DNA of 48,733 nt, taken from assembly GCA_051530055.1 (NCBI GenBank), contig JBMGUZ010000016.1:1-48733 (forward strand), written 5' to 3'. The notes below the pieces were generated by a model. The model was not told where the DNA came from and did not search any database. It saw nothing but the letters and a program-made list of their open reading frames with translations. Below, piece by piece: positions 1-12,905 of this stretch. The DNA is from Neoechinorhynchus agilis. Taxonomy: Eukaryota; Animalia; Acanthocephala. Position 1 is the first letter of the stretch; every line of letters starts with the position of its first letter. The position numbers and the translations under genes were made by a program.

Positions 1-639
1 ACGTGGATTGGTTGTGGATTGTACTTCGAGACTAGTGAGATCTTGATAGCTAATCCCACACCATGAAGTTTTGGCTCCGTTGCAACCTTTTTCCTATTCC
101 GAAAGTTGTCCTTCATTGGCCGCCGACAGCCACCACATCAATACCATTCCTTCGGAGCTCCTTTGGAATCAATGCCGTGTGCCGTTCAGATCGATCACAT
201 TTGTCTCTGTCGATTCATGTTCTGATGTTTCAAACAAGAGTCCATAAACTTTGAGAAAAACTTGTTCTTTTCTTTTACGGCCGTAGAGGGATATCACCAA
301 GCTTTTTTAGCCCACATTTTCTAGGGCCTTCTCCAACTTGCCGAGAGCACTGCGACGGCTTGAAAAACTCTGCTCCACATATCCGTAACCACCGAAGTTT
401 TGGCGCCAAGTCATCAAAACAGCGATCATCTTGTGTATACCGCTGATGTCAAGGTCCGGACTAAAGGCTTCCAGGGATTTGGCATCTCGAGCCTTCGTTA
501 TCATTCTCTTATCTCCACCAGACTGAAGAAATGAAGTGAAGTAAAAGAAGACGGTGGAATAGGATCGATGAAGTCTTTGGCGTGATGAGATTTAAGTGAA
601 ATTCTAGCGTCACGCCGTCTTCCACTTGTTTTGCTAGTA

Positions 640-1143
640 AGTTTTCTACCAAGTGTTCCGCCACAGATTGACGCAAAGGCCGTTCAGTTTTGCCTATGTA
701 AATGGACTAGCGATTGTCATCGGCCAAATATCATTCGCATGTCATTTTGTAGACCACGTTGCTTCGAGTGCAAATCAAATCTTGTCGGCTATTTGCGTCC
801 CCGGACTTCCATTGTGCGTACACATCAACGACGATGCTGGATATGTTTCCGGTGTTTCATGATGTCCAGGTCGCGTCAGGATTCGCCCAAGTGTAGTTGC
901 CGTTCTATGGACAATCCGAATATCCATTCCCGATCCATTCAACCGTTTCTCGAGTGCACTTATCGTTCTCTCATTTTCGACGTTTGTAGAGAGCGAAACA
1001 AAATCAAAAGGCATTACCTGGCTACCATTTAAGTCATTGCATCGCGCATTCAGAGAATTAAGTAAACCCTCAACATTCTGCAAAAAATGAACCTGTCCTG
1101 TGAAGCAATGGGCAAATTTTCGTCGCCAAGAAGGGGTCTGCAT
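640..1143 (-). mobile_element. Penelope-like element remnant (RT fragment plus GIY-YIG endonuclease), internally deleted
   Basis: ORF 775-1143 contains an RT-like motif MPFDFVSLSTNV and linker IRIVHRTATTLGRIL. Manual translation of about 652-757 (-) gives NVVYKMTCE*...SIYIGKTERPLRQSVAEH, a GIY-YIG motif with stops. Confidence 0.8.
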
Positions 1144-1693
1144 TTAAGAAAAACGCTGTTGTCAATGTTACCGGACTAACCGGCATCTTGTATTCATTTT
1201 GACCGTTGGGTACATTCCGAACACTCGCAACGGTTCCTTCTTTTCAAATATCTTGCGGCTGTAACTTTACGAAAGATGCTTTTCAACTTTTTGCGCTTCA
1301 ATTCTCAATCATCCTTCGATTCCATCATATATATAAGCGGATCTCGCAGTATTTTCTGCATTTTGATCTCTTATCCACCTTTGTCAATCGAAATCAAATC
1401 ACCGCAATTATCACTCAATGAACGTAATATTGTGATGTTTTATAAAGCTTGTTATAGTGAAGAGAGATTTGCGGAGTACAAGAAAATGCCGTCAAAAGCT
1501 GCTATGCACCATCTTTAATGATGAAATTTGTACTACGGGCGATCCCAAAGGAAAAGATAAACGACTCTAAGGTCAAAAATCACTATTCTATAGGCTTCAT
1601 GATTCTTTCTACAATTCTATTGCTTAACGAAAAATTTAAAAGGGGCAGCTAAAAATGAACTATGTAATATCGCGATTAATAAAACGGGATATT

Positions 1694-1930
1694 TATAATT
1701 TTAATGAACATACTCCCGGTCATAACCTATTCGATTTTGATTTATTGGAAATATTTCGAAGGAGGTAATCCCGCCTCATCAGTCATTGTTTGCAAGTTTT
1801 CAGAAAAAACAAAAGAAAAGGAAAATACTTGCAAACAATGACTGATGAGGCGAGGTTACCTCCTTCGAAATATTTCCAATAAATCAAAATCAAATAGATT
1901 ATGACCGGGAGTATGTTCATTAAAATTATA
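1694..1930. repeat. Foldback hairpin: 104-bp inverted arms (1694-1797 / 1827-1930), 29-nt A-rich loop
   Basis: Direct reading finds 4 mismatches in 104 bp, all transitions. Confidence 0.93.
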
Positions 1931-2032
1931 CTTTGACTTACCCGAAGGATTTTCTATCAATGAAAACTGGATATAGCGGATCAAAGATTTTAAAATCATC
2001 TTTTCTATAAAAAAAGATGTTCATTTTTGTGT

Positions 2033-2097
2033 TCTTTGGTGATGAGAAGAATAGATATTGATTTATCGTTCCCAATATTTCGTGCGTTTCGTCGGAC
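2033..2097. repeat. Half copy of the MITE-like foldback at 27502-27648 (mirror at 46637-46701)
   Basis: tttggtgatgagaagaatagatattgattt...aatatttcgtgcgtttcgtcggac matches ttgggtgataagaaaaataaagattgattt...aatatttcgtccgtttcgtcggac. Confidence 0.7.
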
Positions 2098-2139
2098 CGC
2101 AGGCCTAAAACGCAGAGGTAGGTCATATCCTGAGTTTGT

Positions 2140-2390
2140 AATCAAACGCGTTTCTTTCGTTTATACAAGTTTTCAACTCTGCATAAAATCGACTGCGCAC
2201 TTTGATTCGTAGTTTCGAAACCGTTGTCGATTTGCTCTTTTTTGGGTGTTTTCACAAGAGCTCGAGCATTTCGGCTTATTGAGCTAAACGTGTAAGTTTA
2301 TAAATGGATATTTGGCTTTTAATTGTTCTTTCAATAAGTGTTGTTATAGGGTTGAATTAATCAAATCTCTGAGTCTTGCGAAATATTGAT
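2140..2390. repeat. Diverged copy of a ~270-bp dispersed repeat also found at both inner arm boundaries (mirror about 46344-46594)
   Basis: Shares blocks cgtttctttcg, ccgttgt..gctctttt and tcgagcatttcggctt with 16345-16630 and with the reverse complement of 32100-32390. Confidence 0.7.
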
Positions 2391-3238
2391 ACGCTTTTGA
2401 TAAAAACGGTTCAAATGTCCAAATAAAAATTATGCGGCGAAATTTTACTAGTGAAAACTTAAATTCTGCATTTTCTCCAATGTAAAAATTCGAGTTTGTG
2501 AGCATTGATACTTTTCTGAATTTAGGGCCGTACATGAACATCTTTTTAAAAGACGAAGTATTTCCGTATTAAAGTTTTTCGCCATCATCCGCTTACTGAA
2601 ATTATGTTCACACTTGGAATTGAATTTGACATTTCGATTTTTGAGTAATTTTCTCCTGTTTTTTCTAGAAATAATTCATGATGCAGGAACAAAGCAGAGT
2701 GATGAAATTTAAGCGTTCTTTTTAGCGAAAATGGGCGAAATGGTTGTTCGTAAAAAGAACACTTTTTGGGATTTTCATGAGCAAAACAAAGTGGCGCTTT
2801 TAACATTTTGGACTCATCAAAAATGTCTACCCGCCGAGTTCGCAAAAGCTAACACGCGAAAATTCAAATTATTGCACTTTTAATGAAACTCTACTATGCT
2901 GCAAAATAATTTTTAAAGATTGAACTGGTGAATACCTAATGTTTTATCGCAACGAACACGGGGGGAAGTTAAAGGCATCGAAGGATTGAATCGTGCAATT
3001 ATTGAGCCTCAAAATATTGCTGTAGGTGATGATACGTTGGCCCTAGAGCTTGTGAGATTGAACACATCAACCGCTAAAAAACAAATTTTTTTCAATTCGT
3101 TTGCTTGCAATCAGATTGGATCGTTACTCCAAAATATAAGACGAAAATACATATCTGGGCCTTATTAAATTCTAAAGGATTTCCTCTAAGACGACTCGAA
3201 GCTCTAAGAACATTTTAATAGAAAATTTTAGGCAATCA

Positions 3239-3306
3239 CCGCCGTCAACGATGCCACCACCGCCGTCGACGATGCCACCAGTGCCGTCAACGATGCCACC
3301 AGTGCC
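3239..3306 (+). repeat. 21-nt tandem repeat (3.2 units) at the 5' end of the CRE-like element (mirror 45428-45495)
   Basis: Units ccgccgtcaacgatgccacca / ccgccgtcgacgatgccacca / gtgccgtcaacgatgccacca / gtgcc. Confidence 0.92.
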
Positions 3307-3365
3307 ATCCCCTTGCTGGCCCTCGCTCCGCTCGGGCCGAAATCGATAACCAAACAGACGACCTA

Positions 3366-6308
3366 GTGACGACCAACCCCACGTCAATCACCAGCACCGC
3401 TTCCTCTACGCAACGCGACGAAGTTCCGACCACCCCGAAGTCACCGCCCACCACTTTGAAGCAAGTTGGCACCTCCCAGCATGCCCCATACGTTCCCGCG
3501 ATTTGCCCCTTCTGCGAACGGGAAATACATTTAACAAAGGTTGGCCTATTTAGGGTGCATGGGCCCATTGATTCCCGGTGTCCTGGCTCGTACCAACCTC
3601 TCCCATCTCGGCCGAGCATTCCTGCATCCTTATCTTTATCGCGACCGGCTAAACCTAACGAGAGCTTGTCGCCAAACTGTCAAACCCCATCTTTGGAATC
3701 CCTTTCCCGGGTTTTACCAACAACAATTTTAAAGCACATTCCCAAGGGGACAAGAACCCAGGTGGCACAATCATACACAAATCTATTGCAACCTTGTGCT
3801 GAGAACAATGAGGATATTGATTGGGTAAAACTTTTTGCTTTCCCCCGCCTTGTTCTTAGCTCTAGCAACTCAATATCGGGGAATTTGACATCCAACATTA
3901 AAAATAGGTTAGTGGAGTTCGACGCGAATTTAAAGAGAATGACCCAATCCTCAGCGACTCCCGAAAATTCGTCTAGTAAAAGCCGTAAACAAGGCACAGT
4001 CCGGCCACTGGGTCAACGCGTATCGGCGAAGCTCGCAGACGGGGATGTTCGCGGTGCGGTTCGGCTTCTAGCCTCAACTGAAAATTTTGCGCCAAATCAT
4101 GGCACAACTTTTGAGGCTCTATTAAAGTTGCATCCATCATCGGAGTCGAACTCCACCAATTTTACACCAACTGCTCGGGATTTCCGAGCAAATAGTTTAG
4201 AAATAAGGAAAGCTGTGTCCTCCTTCGCCAATGGCTCAGGACACGGGCCGGATGGCTTGCGTCCACAGCACTTCAAAGACATGATGTCTTTTTCTACAGG
4301 TGCTTCGGGAATAGCCCTCGGAACTGCTTTGCTTAAAATAGTTGATATTTTCATCGAGGGCTCCATTGGCAATTTGGCTACACATATTTTCTTCGGCGCC
4401 TCTTTGTGTGCTTTGTCCAAGAAAGATGGTGGAATTCGTCCCATCGCCATTGGCTGTACTTTGCGTAGGTTAGCCACGAAAGTTTTATGCAGGAGAATCT
4501 CCGATAAAACGGGAGAATTTTTAAGACCCTGTCAGTTAGGTTGCTGCACTCCTTGTTGAGTTGAAGCGGTCGTGCATGCTCTGCGAAAATTTATCCCCCA
4601 AAGAACTAAGCCAACAGCAATTCTGAAAATAGATTTTAAAAATGCTTTCAATACCTTAAAAAGGGAAATAATGTTAAAAGCAATTGAGGATGTCGTCCCA
4701 GAGGCTTACCCTATTTCTGGAGAGCATATGCTAAACATGTCACTGCTGTACAACGACAAAATAATTTGGTCGCAGAGCGGTGCACAACAGGGAGATCCAC
4801 TCGGCCCCATAGGCTTCTCCGCCGCAGTAAATAATCTTGCCCATTCAATGTTTTCTTCTTTCAACGCTTGGTACTTGGACAATTCCACACTCGGTGGCGA
4901 TCCAAGTGTTGTTTTGAGCGACCTTCAAAGGATCGCGAATGAAGCTGACCGCTTGGGAATAGAAGTAAATCCCCAAAAATGCGAACTTCTCATCCTGAAC
5001 GCAACTGAAAACGAGCGCTCTCAAATCTCTAGCGATTTTGAATCAGTTGCTCCTGGTCTAGGTTTGATAATCCTTGACCAGCTCACACTCCTCGGGAGCT
5101 GCGTTCTTGCTGAGAATGTTGCGAAGGACCTGCGCGCACAAATCGCGAAAATGGAGTTGCTCTGCGGCCGAACTTCTGAGCTGTCGGCACATGAGGGTCT
5201 CTTCTTGATCAAGAATTGCCTCTATATGCAGAAATTGCTTCATAAGCTAAGAGCAGCTCCATGTTTCGGAGAAGACAAATTGTTAGGAGAGCTCGGCGGG
5301 GTAATTCGTAAGCGGCTGGGACATAAATTGAATGTCAAATTTTCTAACACAGGTTGGCGACAGGCTACTTTTCCCACGGCTTATGGTGGTTTGGGAGTTC
5401 GCACCACTTCAGACGTCGCTTTACCTGCCTTCCTCTCCTCTTGCCGGGCAAGTAAAGTCTATGTCAATGCCATTTTAGGCACATCAGTGAAGGATTTGGT
5501 CTTTGCCACGGGATTATCTCAATGGCATCAATTGACAGGCATCAACCAGCTCCCCGCAAATGAGTGCAAACAGTCGTCTTGAGACATTCCTCTTGTTCAG
5601 AAGATTCACAACTCTTTCAAAGATCTTCTGGATGAGGTGTCTCAGGTCCGGCTGGTAGCCTGTTCCACGAAGGAGCCGGGAGCGTGGCTGAATGCTCTCC
5701 CTGTAGGTAAATTTGGAAATCTCCTTGCTGACTCAGTCGTCAGGATCGCAGTATCCTTGAGATTAGGTCTACCGATTTGCATCCCGCATCGCTGCCGCTG
5801 CGGCACTAGTGGACTCTTCGGGGAGACACGATCTCATATGCAAGACGTCATCGGGACGATTTCCAAGGCATGCTGAAATCAATGCCATTCCGAGTAGGAC
5901 TCTAAAAACGCTTTCCCTTCCAAACAATCTAGAACCCGCTAATCTTTGTAGACCGTATTTCCTTGGCGGGAGGGAAAATGTTTGTTGTGGGATGCAACGT
6001 GTGTGGACACGGTGGCAAACTCCAACATCAGCCACTCGAAAAAAGGTCCAGGAGGAGCGGCGACGGCTGCAGAGGATCGGAAATGCTCAAAATACAGGGA
6101 GCTAAAAAGAAATTACCATTTTGTCCCCTTCGGTGTGGAAACGTATGTGGCCTTGGGAGGGTCGGCGCTAGCCCTCCTGAAGGACTTGGGGAAACGAATC
6201 AACGCGGCGACTGGAGAGCCAAGATCGACGTCGTTCTTGGCGCAAAAAATAAGCATTGCGGTGCAGCGGGGCAATGCGGCCAGCATTTTGGCCAGCGCCG
6301 ATGAATAG
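3366..6308 (+). pseudogene. Disrupted single ORF (Zn motif-RT-RLE) of the CRE-like element
   Basis: ORFs 3366-4559, 4572-5582 and 5637-5876 are in one frame separated by single TGA stops; 5809-6105 and 5982-6308 continue after frameshifts. Catalytic YLDD reads YLDN. Confidence 0.88.
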
Positions 6309-7739
6309 GAGCGTTGAAGAAACTATAAATTATGTATGCTTGCTTAAAAAAAACCCTTTCGTAAAAAAAATTTTTAAATTAAATAAACAATATTACGAAT
6401 ACTGAACTAAGCATTAAGTGGAGAAAGTGCGCTATTTATTAGCAGGATTAAATTGTAGGTATAAATTTTTTCTTTAAATAAAATTCTGTATTATATTGAT
6501 AAAACTGCAATATCGAATTAAACAAGTGCGTTTTTACAATGTGAATTCAAAAATTATGTTCAATAACCAATATTTAATCGGTAGCAAACAATTAAATCCT
6601 TTACCCATTGAACCTAATTTAGTATCTTCTTTTTTAATTATACGCCTTCGAAATTTAGAAAACACGTTGAAGTGGCTTTAAGGGAGCGGCGGCCCTGAAT
6701 TCGTAGAAAAGAAAGATGGCGAGAAGAAGACAGACGAGAAGCTTCATTCGGATTGAAAGTGAAGCTCGAATGAACTCCATTTATACTCCTGTTTGTTTTC
6801 ACGAAAATATTCTATTTTCCCGATACAAAACCGTGATCGAATAGCAACATCAAAATAGATTTCAACTCGAAAACACTCTTCAAGTAAACTGCTTCGTTGA
6901 AAAACGGAGAAGACGAGTAAGCAAAAAAGAGTTTTGCAATTGTGGTACATTTGTACGTGGATGTTTTTCGCTCATTGAACTAAAAAAACTGTAAAATGTC
7001 ATCCTGCCACATAGAATATTTTCGAATTCAGCCTCATAACGCTAATTTCCATTGAACAAACACCATTTGAGATTGTAAAAGTAAGTTTATGCAAATATTT
7101 TGAGGATTTTAAGAGTGTTAGAATCAGTGCTGTCGATGCTTAACAAATAATGTTTCAAACAATAAAACATAAGACATAGAAACGGGAATACAAATTTAAC
7201 TTTAGAACATTGAATCGGTAGTATCCATGATGTTGCTTCCAATAACCTTTTATGACACTCAAGGTTAAGATACTTTAATGAAACTAACTTTTTGGGAATT
7301 TAGTCAAAAATATATTTTGCAGACAGCGAATGGAAATGGATAGGATGAGTTGTATTTATTTCATTAGGAGGCAGCGGTTTGAACGATTACTGTCAGGTTT
7401 TCCAAGGCCCGTCGCCTTTCGATAGATTGCCTTCAAAGGATCCGAAAATCGGAAAACGTTCGAATAACCCAATGTCAAACACAAAGAGTTCATTTTCTTT
7501 TGGTAGTATTGTCACCCCGGATTTAGATTCACTGATTTATTTCCGACATTTCGACGGAAAATTCCGACATTATCAAGGTTTGCCATTGCTTGTAAGTTTT
7601 TTTAACATACATAAAATTTCGGAATTATCCGACGAAATATCGGGGAAATAAATTAGTTTATTAAAATGCCCAGGGTGGTAAAATTAAAAAAAAAGTTTCT
7701 TTTCCTGCGAGAATAATAATCCACGACGCAATAACACAT

Positions 7740-10530
7740 TTTATTTGTTAATGTAAGGGGACCAGTGTATCTTTTGGTCTTCATAAACACTCGAGTTCTG
7801 ATTTGATAAATAAATCTGGGTATTGATTTTGGAGTGGATTACGAGTCCGTGCGGGTGGGAATATCACGTCGGGTTGGAAGGCCCGTTCTTGTGGGGGGAT
7901 TGGCGGTTATAGCTTGCAGGAACGCTTGTAGGTTGGTATTTCCTCAAGTTCATTTCAGATTGGTGAAAAAATCCTTTATGTGTGTGTGTGTGATTTATAA
8001 TAATAACACGTTAAGGAAAGGGAGAGGTGGGGTGGTCAATGGGTGATGAGGGTGATATCATCGGCATATAAGAAAAGCTTTGAGAAAGAGGAAAGAAGTT
8101 GAAGGTCGTCTAAGAAAATATTAAAAAGAAGTAGTGACAGAACAGCACCTTGAGGTACGCCTTAGGTGAGGGATAGGCTGATAGAAGAGGTAGAACGGCA
8201 GTGAATGTATTGTTTGCGATTGTAAAGATTAGATTCAAGCCAGCGGATCTGCTACAAGTTGAGACCAAAATCGGAGAAGGAGTGAATGGTCCACGGAGTA
8301 GAATGCATTCAATAAATCCTGTTAAATGATACGGGTGAATTGGGAGGGATTATTGTCGAGGTTTCGTAGGAGCGTATCATAAATGCAAAGTAGGGCATCG
8401 GTTGCAGAAAATTTGGGCCGGAAACGAATTGAATGGATGAAATTTTTCGATTGAAGGTTGGCAGAAGGTGTGCTTTAAAGCATCTCTCCAAGACTTTAGA
8501 GAATGAAGGTAAGAAAGAGATGGGTCGAAAACTTGAGGTGCATATAAGTTTAGATGCTTTCAGGAGCAGGATTACCCGATCTGTTTTAAGGCGACTAGGG
8601 AAGATTCCGGTCTTGAAACTTCTATTGATTATATGGGTAAGTGAATCAAATAAATCTGGGATGATAAAGCGTAGAGTTCAGTTGTGAATGAGAGAGTTAG
8701 GGGATGATTTGCGAGGTAGTTTCCGAAGAAGCATGAGAATATCATACTTGGAAATCATGAGAGGTGAAGCTGTAGAAACTGAGAACGGTGGTGTAGATAT
8801 GGAAGGGGATGACTATTTGTTTGTGTTCGAATGACAGTCGCAAAGTTGCACATTGATAGGGTTTAGTGCATCAAGGAGGTCGGAGTTTGAAAGTTTGGAA
8901 GGGCGCTTTTCGTGTTTTTCCACGAGAGGTTAGTGGGGGAGGAGGCGAATTTATGTGCAAGAAAGGTATTGCGCGAGTTGAGAATGTGGTGCACCAGCGA
9001 GGATTGAAGGCAGCTCAAATCAGGATTGCATGGATGGTATGTTTTATTCGCCTTTATTTGTAGCATTTTCAAGAAAGGACACTTCCAAAGTGGATCTCGG
9101 CTGGAAAAGCGAATGGTTTTCTTAGGAATAGCTGTTATCATGCAAAAGGAGAATATATTAATTAGAGAAAGCATAACTTTCGAGGCGTTCGGGTGAAAAA
9201 TTGATTTTCTGTGTGAAGAGAGATTACGCGAGACCAATTTCGTGAGTGGGAACGTTGAGGATTAGCGGAAGGAGGGAGGATTATTTGGGAATGGCCAGAG
9301 GATAAGATTCGAGGTAAGTCGTTTTCGTCATTTTTGTTCCGAATACGATTTGTATTTTGTGACTTCATGGAACTTTTTATTACTAAGTTCAATGTCCCAG
9401 CTCGCAGCCGGTGGAGGTCGTGTTCATAAGGCTGGCATAGTTCCTATCTTTTTCCTCAACATCGCTTATAAATCATTTATTGTCTCTGGCTTTAAAATGG
9501 CAATTTCACAATTTTTTGTAAGACGACCCTAACTTCAATGGTTCAGAATCGTAGCTTTAACAACCCATCCTCAGCACAGAAGCAACATTTTTGGGTTCTA
9601 TTGGGACAGTTTTGATTCCAGTGTCGCCACTGTAGGCATATGTGGCATTGTGGGTACACGAGATTTGATTCTGTATTTGAATTTTTTGTAAATGTGATTT
9701 CCATACACTGGAATATCCATTTGCGGGAGCAAAGAGTTTCCATTTTATCCATGTCAATTTCAACTATTCCCACTGGAATTGCCTTTCCCGTCTTCCTGGA
9801 TTTGAAGAAAAATTTAATCTCAAAGTCTTGAATCGTATCAGGCGAAGATAAACTCCCAATGTTGTGAGCAATGAAAGTTGCTTTGTTGCGGAAGGATTGA
9901 ATGTTGGAATTTTTTCGTCGTGCCGACCGTTCACAAAGGATTCGAAATCGTCCATTTCAGTGTTGTTGACGAAGACAATTTTTAAAGTACCATTCCAGAA
10001 TGAAGTTGATCTGATTCTTAGTATACTATCCTTCTTTGTTTTCAGCCATGGTTTGAGGAAACATCCCCATGTGGCTTCCTTTGATGCGATTGGAATCGCA
10101 GATATTTTGGTTACGTAATCGTCCTTTTTAACGGGCCGATCGAAGTATATAATTTTGTATGTATCACCTATTGAAGTTTGAAGCTTTGTGGGTGGCCGTG
10201 TGTCACCCTCTGAACGATCACTTAGAAGGTGCCTCCGTATGTCCGGAGGTACCTTAATTTTCAGTGAATTGGATTGCCGTATGCTATCCTCCGTCGCAAC
10301 ACTTGGTGGTTGCGAAAACATTCTGGATATTAGTTCCGCAGTGGTGGCCCGTGCAAAAAACACAGGGCACACTATTGATTTTAGTGCCGCTACAACACTA
10401 GTTGGCAATGACCGGCGTTTCGAACGTATTATCATCGAAGCCTTATATATAAATAGGTTCGAAACGTTCGAGGACAATAAACTTGATTTCAAATTAAGGA
10501 TGCGACTCCCACCGGATGTATTGTGACGCG
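7740..10530 (-). mobile_element. Decayed APE-group LINE (CR1/L2/jockey-like): ORF1 with CCHC knuckles plus broken RT
   Basis: ORF1 9764-10492 is followed by frameshifted knuckles QCHICLQWRHWNQNC..KCCFC (9543-9773). RT remnants read in the mirror copy: FKTGIFPSRLK, FRPISFLPSFSKVLE, GVPQGAVLSLLLFNIFLDD, LYADD (8057-8068). AATAAA tail near 7745. Confidence 0.82.
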
Positions 10531-12100
10531 TGAATTGAGAATCCCTGTGTATAAATAGAACAAAACCTAAAAAGATGTCTTATTTTGAAGGCCTTACACA
10601 TCGCTGAGTCCAACACAATGGAAGGAAATAAAGCTAATTATAGCTTGAAACTTCAGCCAGCAACGTGTTAAAAATCAATACTAAAATCATGGAAAAACGT
10701 ATCGAGCGGATAATTGGCCCCGAACTTCCGGTTTGGCAGTTTCCCCGAAGGATTTTCAATCGATGATTGTAGATGCTTTATCTAAGAATGACCTTCAACA
10801 TTTTGGTCTGTCGCTTGATAATGAGAGCATTATAATTTGTTTAAAAATTATATTCATATACATATCAAAAGAAGGCAGCATTGAGGACATCAATCCACGG
10901 TTAAGTTTACCTGTCTTCAAATGAAGGGAAGTGAAGCATTTTCTGAATCAACAGTGTTCAAAAGTTTTTATCCAAATTTTTTTCTAAGTACGGATATGCA
11001 TTTGATTACAAAGCTACGCAGCAATACTCTGAAATAAATTGGTATAAAATTCATAAGAACGTTAGAATTCAATCTTTCTTAAAAAATTTTCCGAAACAAA
11101 GTGTTAATATTTGATTTTTGCCGAAGCCACGTCATTTTTTTGGACATTAAATCATTCACACCACCGTCCTGTATTTGCAATTCAATTTCTCCATTTTGAC
11201 AAGAAAAACGAGAAATTTTAGGGGATGTATTCGTTAATTTTTCATTGCCTACTTATCATCGAATCGAACAGTTTTCATCCTCGATTATATTCTTGTCAAA
11301 TAATGATTAAATTCGAAGCATAATTTGCAATCGATAAAACCTTGGTTTTAGCCATGAAACCATTGAGACTATTTGATTCTCAACTCAGCTTTGATGACCG
11401 ATCGCTCTTGATGCTCTGACTAGCATTTCATTTCTGTGATTTACCAATGAATATAATGGTGCGTTGGGAACAACCAATTGAAGTAAGCGATCTGAAAATT
11501 AACATAAACAAAGCGAAAATCGTTTTTAATTTAGGAAGTGTATGAAGCAGGTTTAGTCACAAGAAAATTACAAATAACTCATTTTATAAATTTCCCCTCT
11601 GGAAATTGACTTAGAATACCTTCAAGAAAATAAAATTAAAGAGAATTCATGTTGTCAATCTGGATAATTATATTTTCATGAAGAACAAGAATCCGGTTTT
11701 ATTGGTTTTAGATGCCAAAAGTTTCACTTACCGGCTTAACTTTTGATATTTAGCTCATATTTAAACTTTAGTTTAAATACAAGATAATATTTTTCATAGA
11801 CATTTGAAGTAATCGTTTCCAAAAACTTTAATACATCCAATTATTTAAAATATGGCCTTTTAAACAACTTTAAAAAATCAGTTTAATTTTAGAATTCACG
11901 CCTACTATATAACTGTGCTAACAGCTGAAAATATGCCTAAAAGAATAATTTGTTTTTGGGAATTCATAGAATCGAGAATTTACGTGTGACGTGCGGAAGG
12001 TTTCGCTCATCGATGAAGAAAATCCTTGACCGGAGTCGTACCTTCCACTACTAGTTCATTTGAAGATCTTCTAAACTCACATCGCAAATCCAAACAGTCT

Positions 12101-12905
12101 TTATTTTAAATCGCACATTTCATTTTTAATTTTATTAATCGCTTCAAGACATCTTGTAGCCCTTTCAACATCACTTTCTTGCGATTGAGATAGATCCCGG
12201 ATTGTAGCAAGTGCGCAGATCTTAAGTTCCATTAATGTTTTACGACACTTCTGCGAACTTTCCTTTAGATCTTCTAATGCCTCATTTCGCTCAACCGTAG
12301 GACTCGACTTGTGGTCATTCATCAGTTGTTCAAAACGACTACGAGTTTGAGCAAGAAATTCTAAGAATAATTGGATTGCGACAAGCACACATAAAAACTG
12401 AAAATTTCTACTAACCTATCGTCTTCGCCGTCAACTGTTCAATTTCTCTAACCAGTTTTCTATTGCTCTCAAGTTGGTCTTTATGATGAGAGACTACGCA
12501 GTTTTGGCAGGCACTTCGATTGTAATGGAAGCATAAATCCAAGGCAGCATTTTCGCATGAATCACACTTCTTTGGAGATTGAATTTCAATCGGTTTTAAC
12601 TCGATCAAAGTAGCTGCACGATGATTGCGATATAAAACATCGCTTGGCTTTCCGTTCAGGTTAAATACTCTACGGCAACAAGGACACGATATCCGACGCT
12701 CGTTTTCTACAATTTTCTCAATGCATTGACAACAGAAGGTATGACAACAAGGAAGAGCACGCGGATCTTTAAACGTATCTAAACAGATTGGGCATGTTCG
12801 AAGATCCTCAAGTTGATCTTCGAGGAAAATCTTTAGGGGCCCAACGTCCTTAGGAGCAGGACTAATAACGCTAAATTTATTCGCCGTTGGTGTGTTTGGA
12901 TCCAT
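12101..12905 (-). CDS. TRIM/RBCC-like protein (RING, B-box, coiled coil), 2 exons (12416-12905, 12101-12360), 249 aa
   Basis: C3HC4 RING CPIC-x11-C-x-H-x2-C-x2-C...CPCC; B-box-like CDSC..CFHY..CQNC..H; helical C-terminus. The two track ORFs are joined in frame by a 55-nt GT-AG intron at 12361-12415. Confidence 0.85.

Larger units (their letters stand above)
3222..6380 (+). mobile_element. Near full-length, inactivated RLE-type (R2-group, most like CRE clade) non-LTR retrotransposon
   Basis: N-terminal Cys/His motif CPFC...HGPIDSRC; RT motifs GPDGLRPQH, KKDGGIRPIAIG, IDFKNAFN, QQGDPLGP, WYLDN; CxC knuckle, RHAEIN and RLE tail LWDATCVDT...RKCSKY...FVPFGVET. In-frame TGA at 4557 and 5580, frameshifts after about 5805, A-rich tail near 6340-6380. 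Clade assignment is from recalled motifs. Confidence 0.88.

Noticed and set aside
1-25. tggattggttgtggattg at both window ends as telomeric repeats of a linear molecule
   Set aside because: Only two imperfect copies of tggattg and no tandem array, so there is no evidence of a natural end.
63-504. Minus-strand frame with several stops at the arm tip as an identifiable pseudogene
   Set aside because: It looks coding-like but has no recognisable family, so it cannot be supported without a homology search.
575-622. ggcgtgatga...gaaa...tcacgcc as a hammerhead
   Set aside because: The core lacks CU, stems II and III are poor, and it is antisense to the neighbouring Penelope remnant.
1835-1880. 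CTGATGAG...CGAAATATT in the hairpin arms as functional hammerheads
   Set aside because: Stem I gives only about 2 bp and stem II does not close properly.
3239-3306. 21-nt repeats (and the 18-nt repeats at 17116-17162) as a CRISPR array
   Set aside because: Units are directly adjacent with no unique spacers, there are no cas genes, and the context is eukaryotic.
4557-5582. In-frame TGA stops as a sign of an alternative genetic code or readthrough
   Set aside because: The TGAs replace different expected residues (Gly-like, Trp, and Arg in the gypsy fragment), TAA and TAG stops and frameshifts also occur, and the long B frame uses TGG for Trp. This is ordinary decay.
7979-7992. (TG)7 microsatellite as a CRE-type target site or telomere seed
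   Set aside because: It is short, lies within a decayed LINE, and is not adjacent to either CRE-like element.
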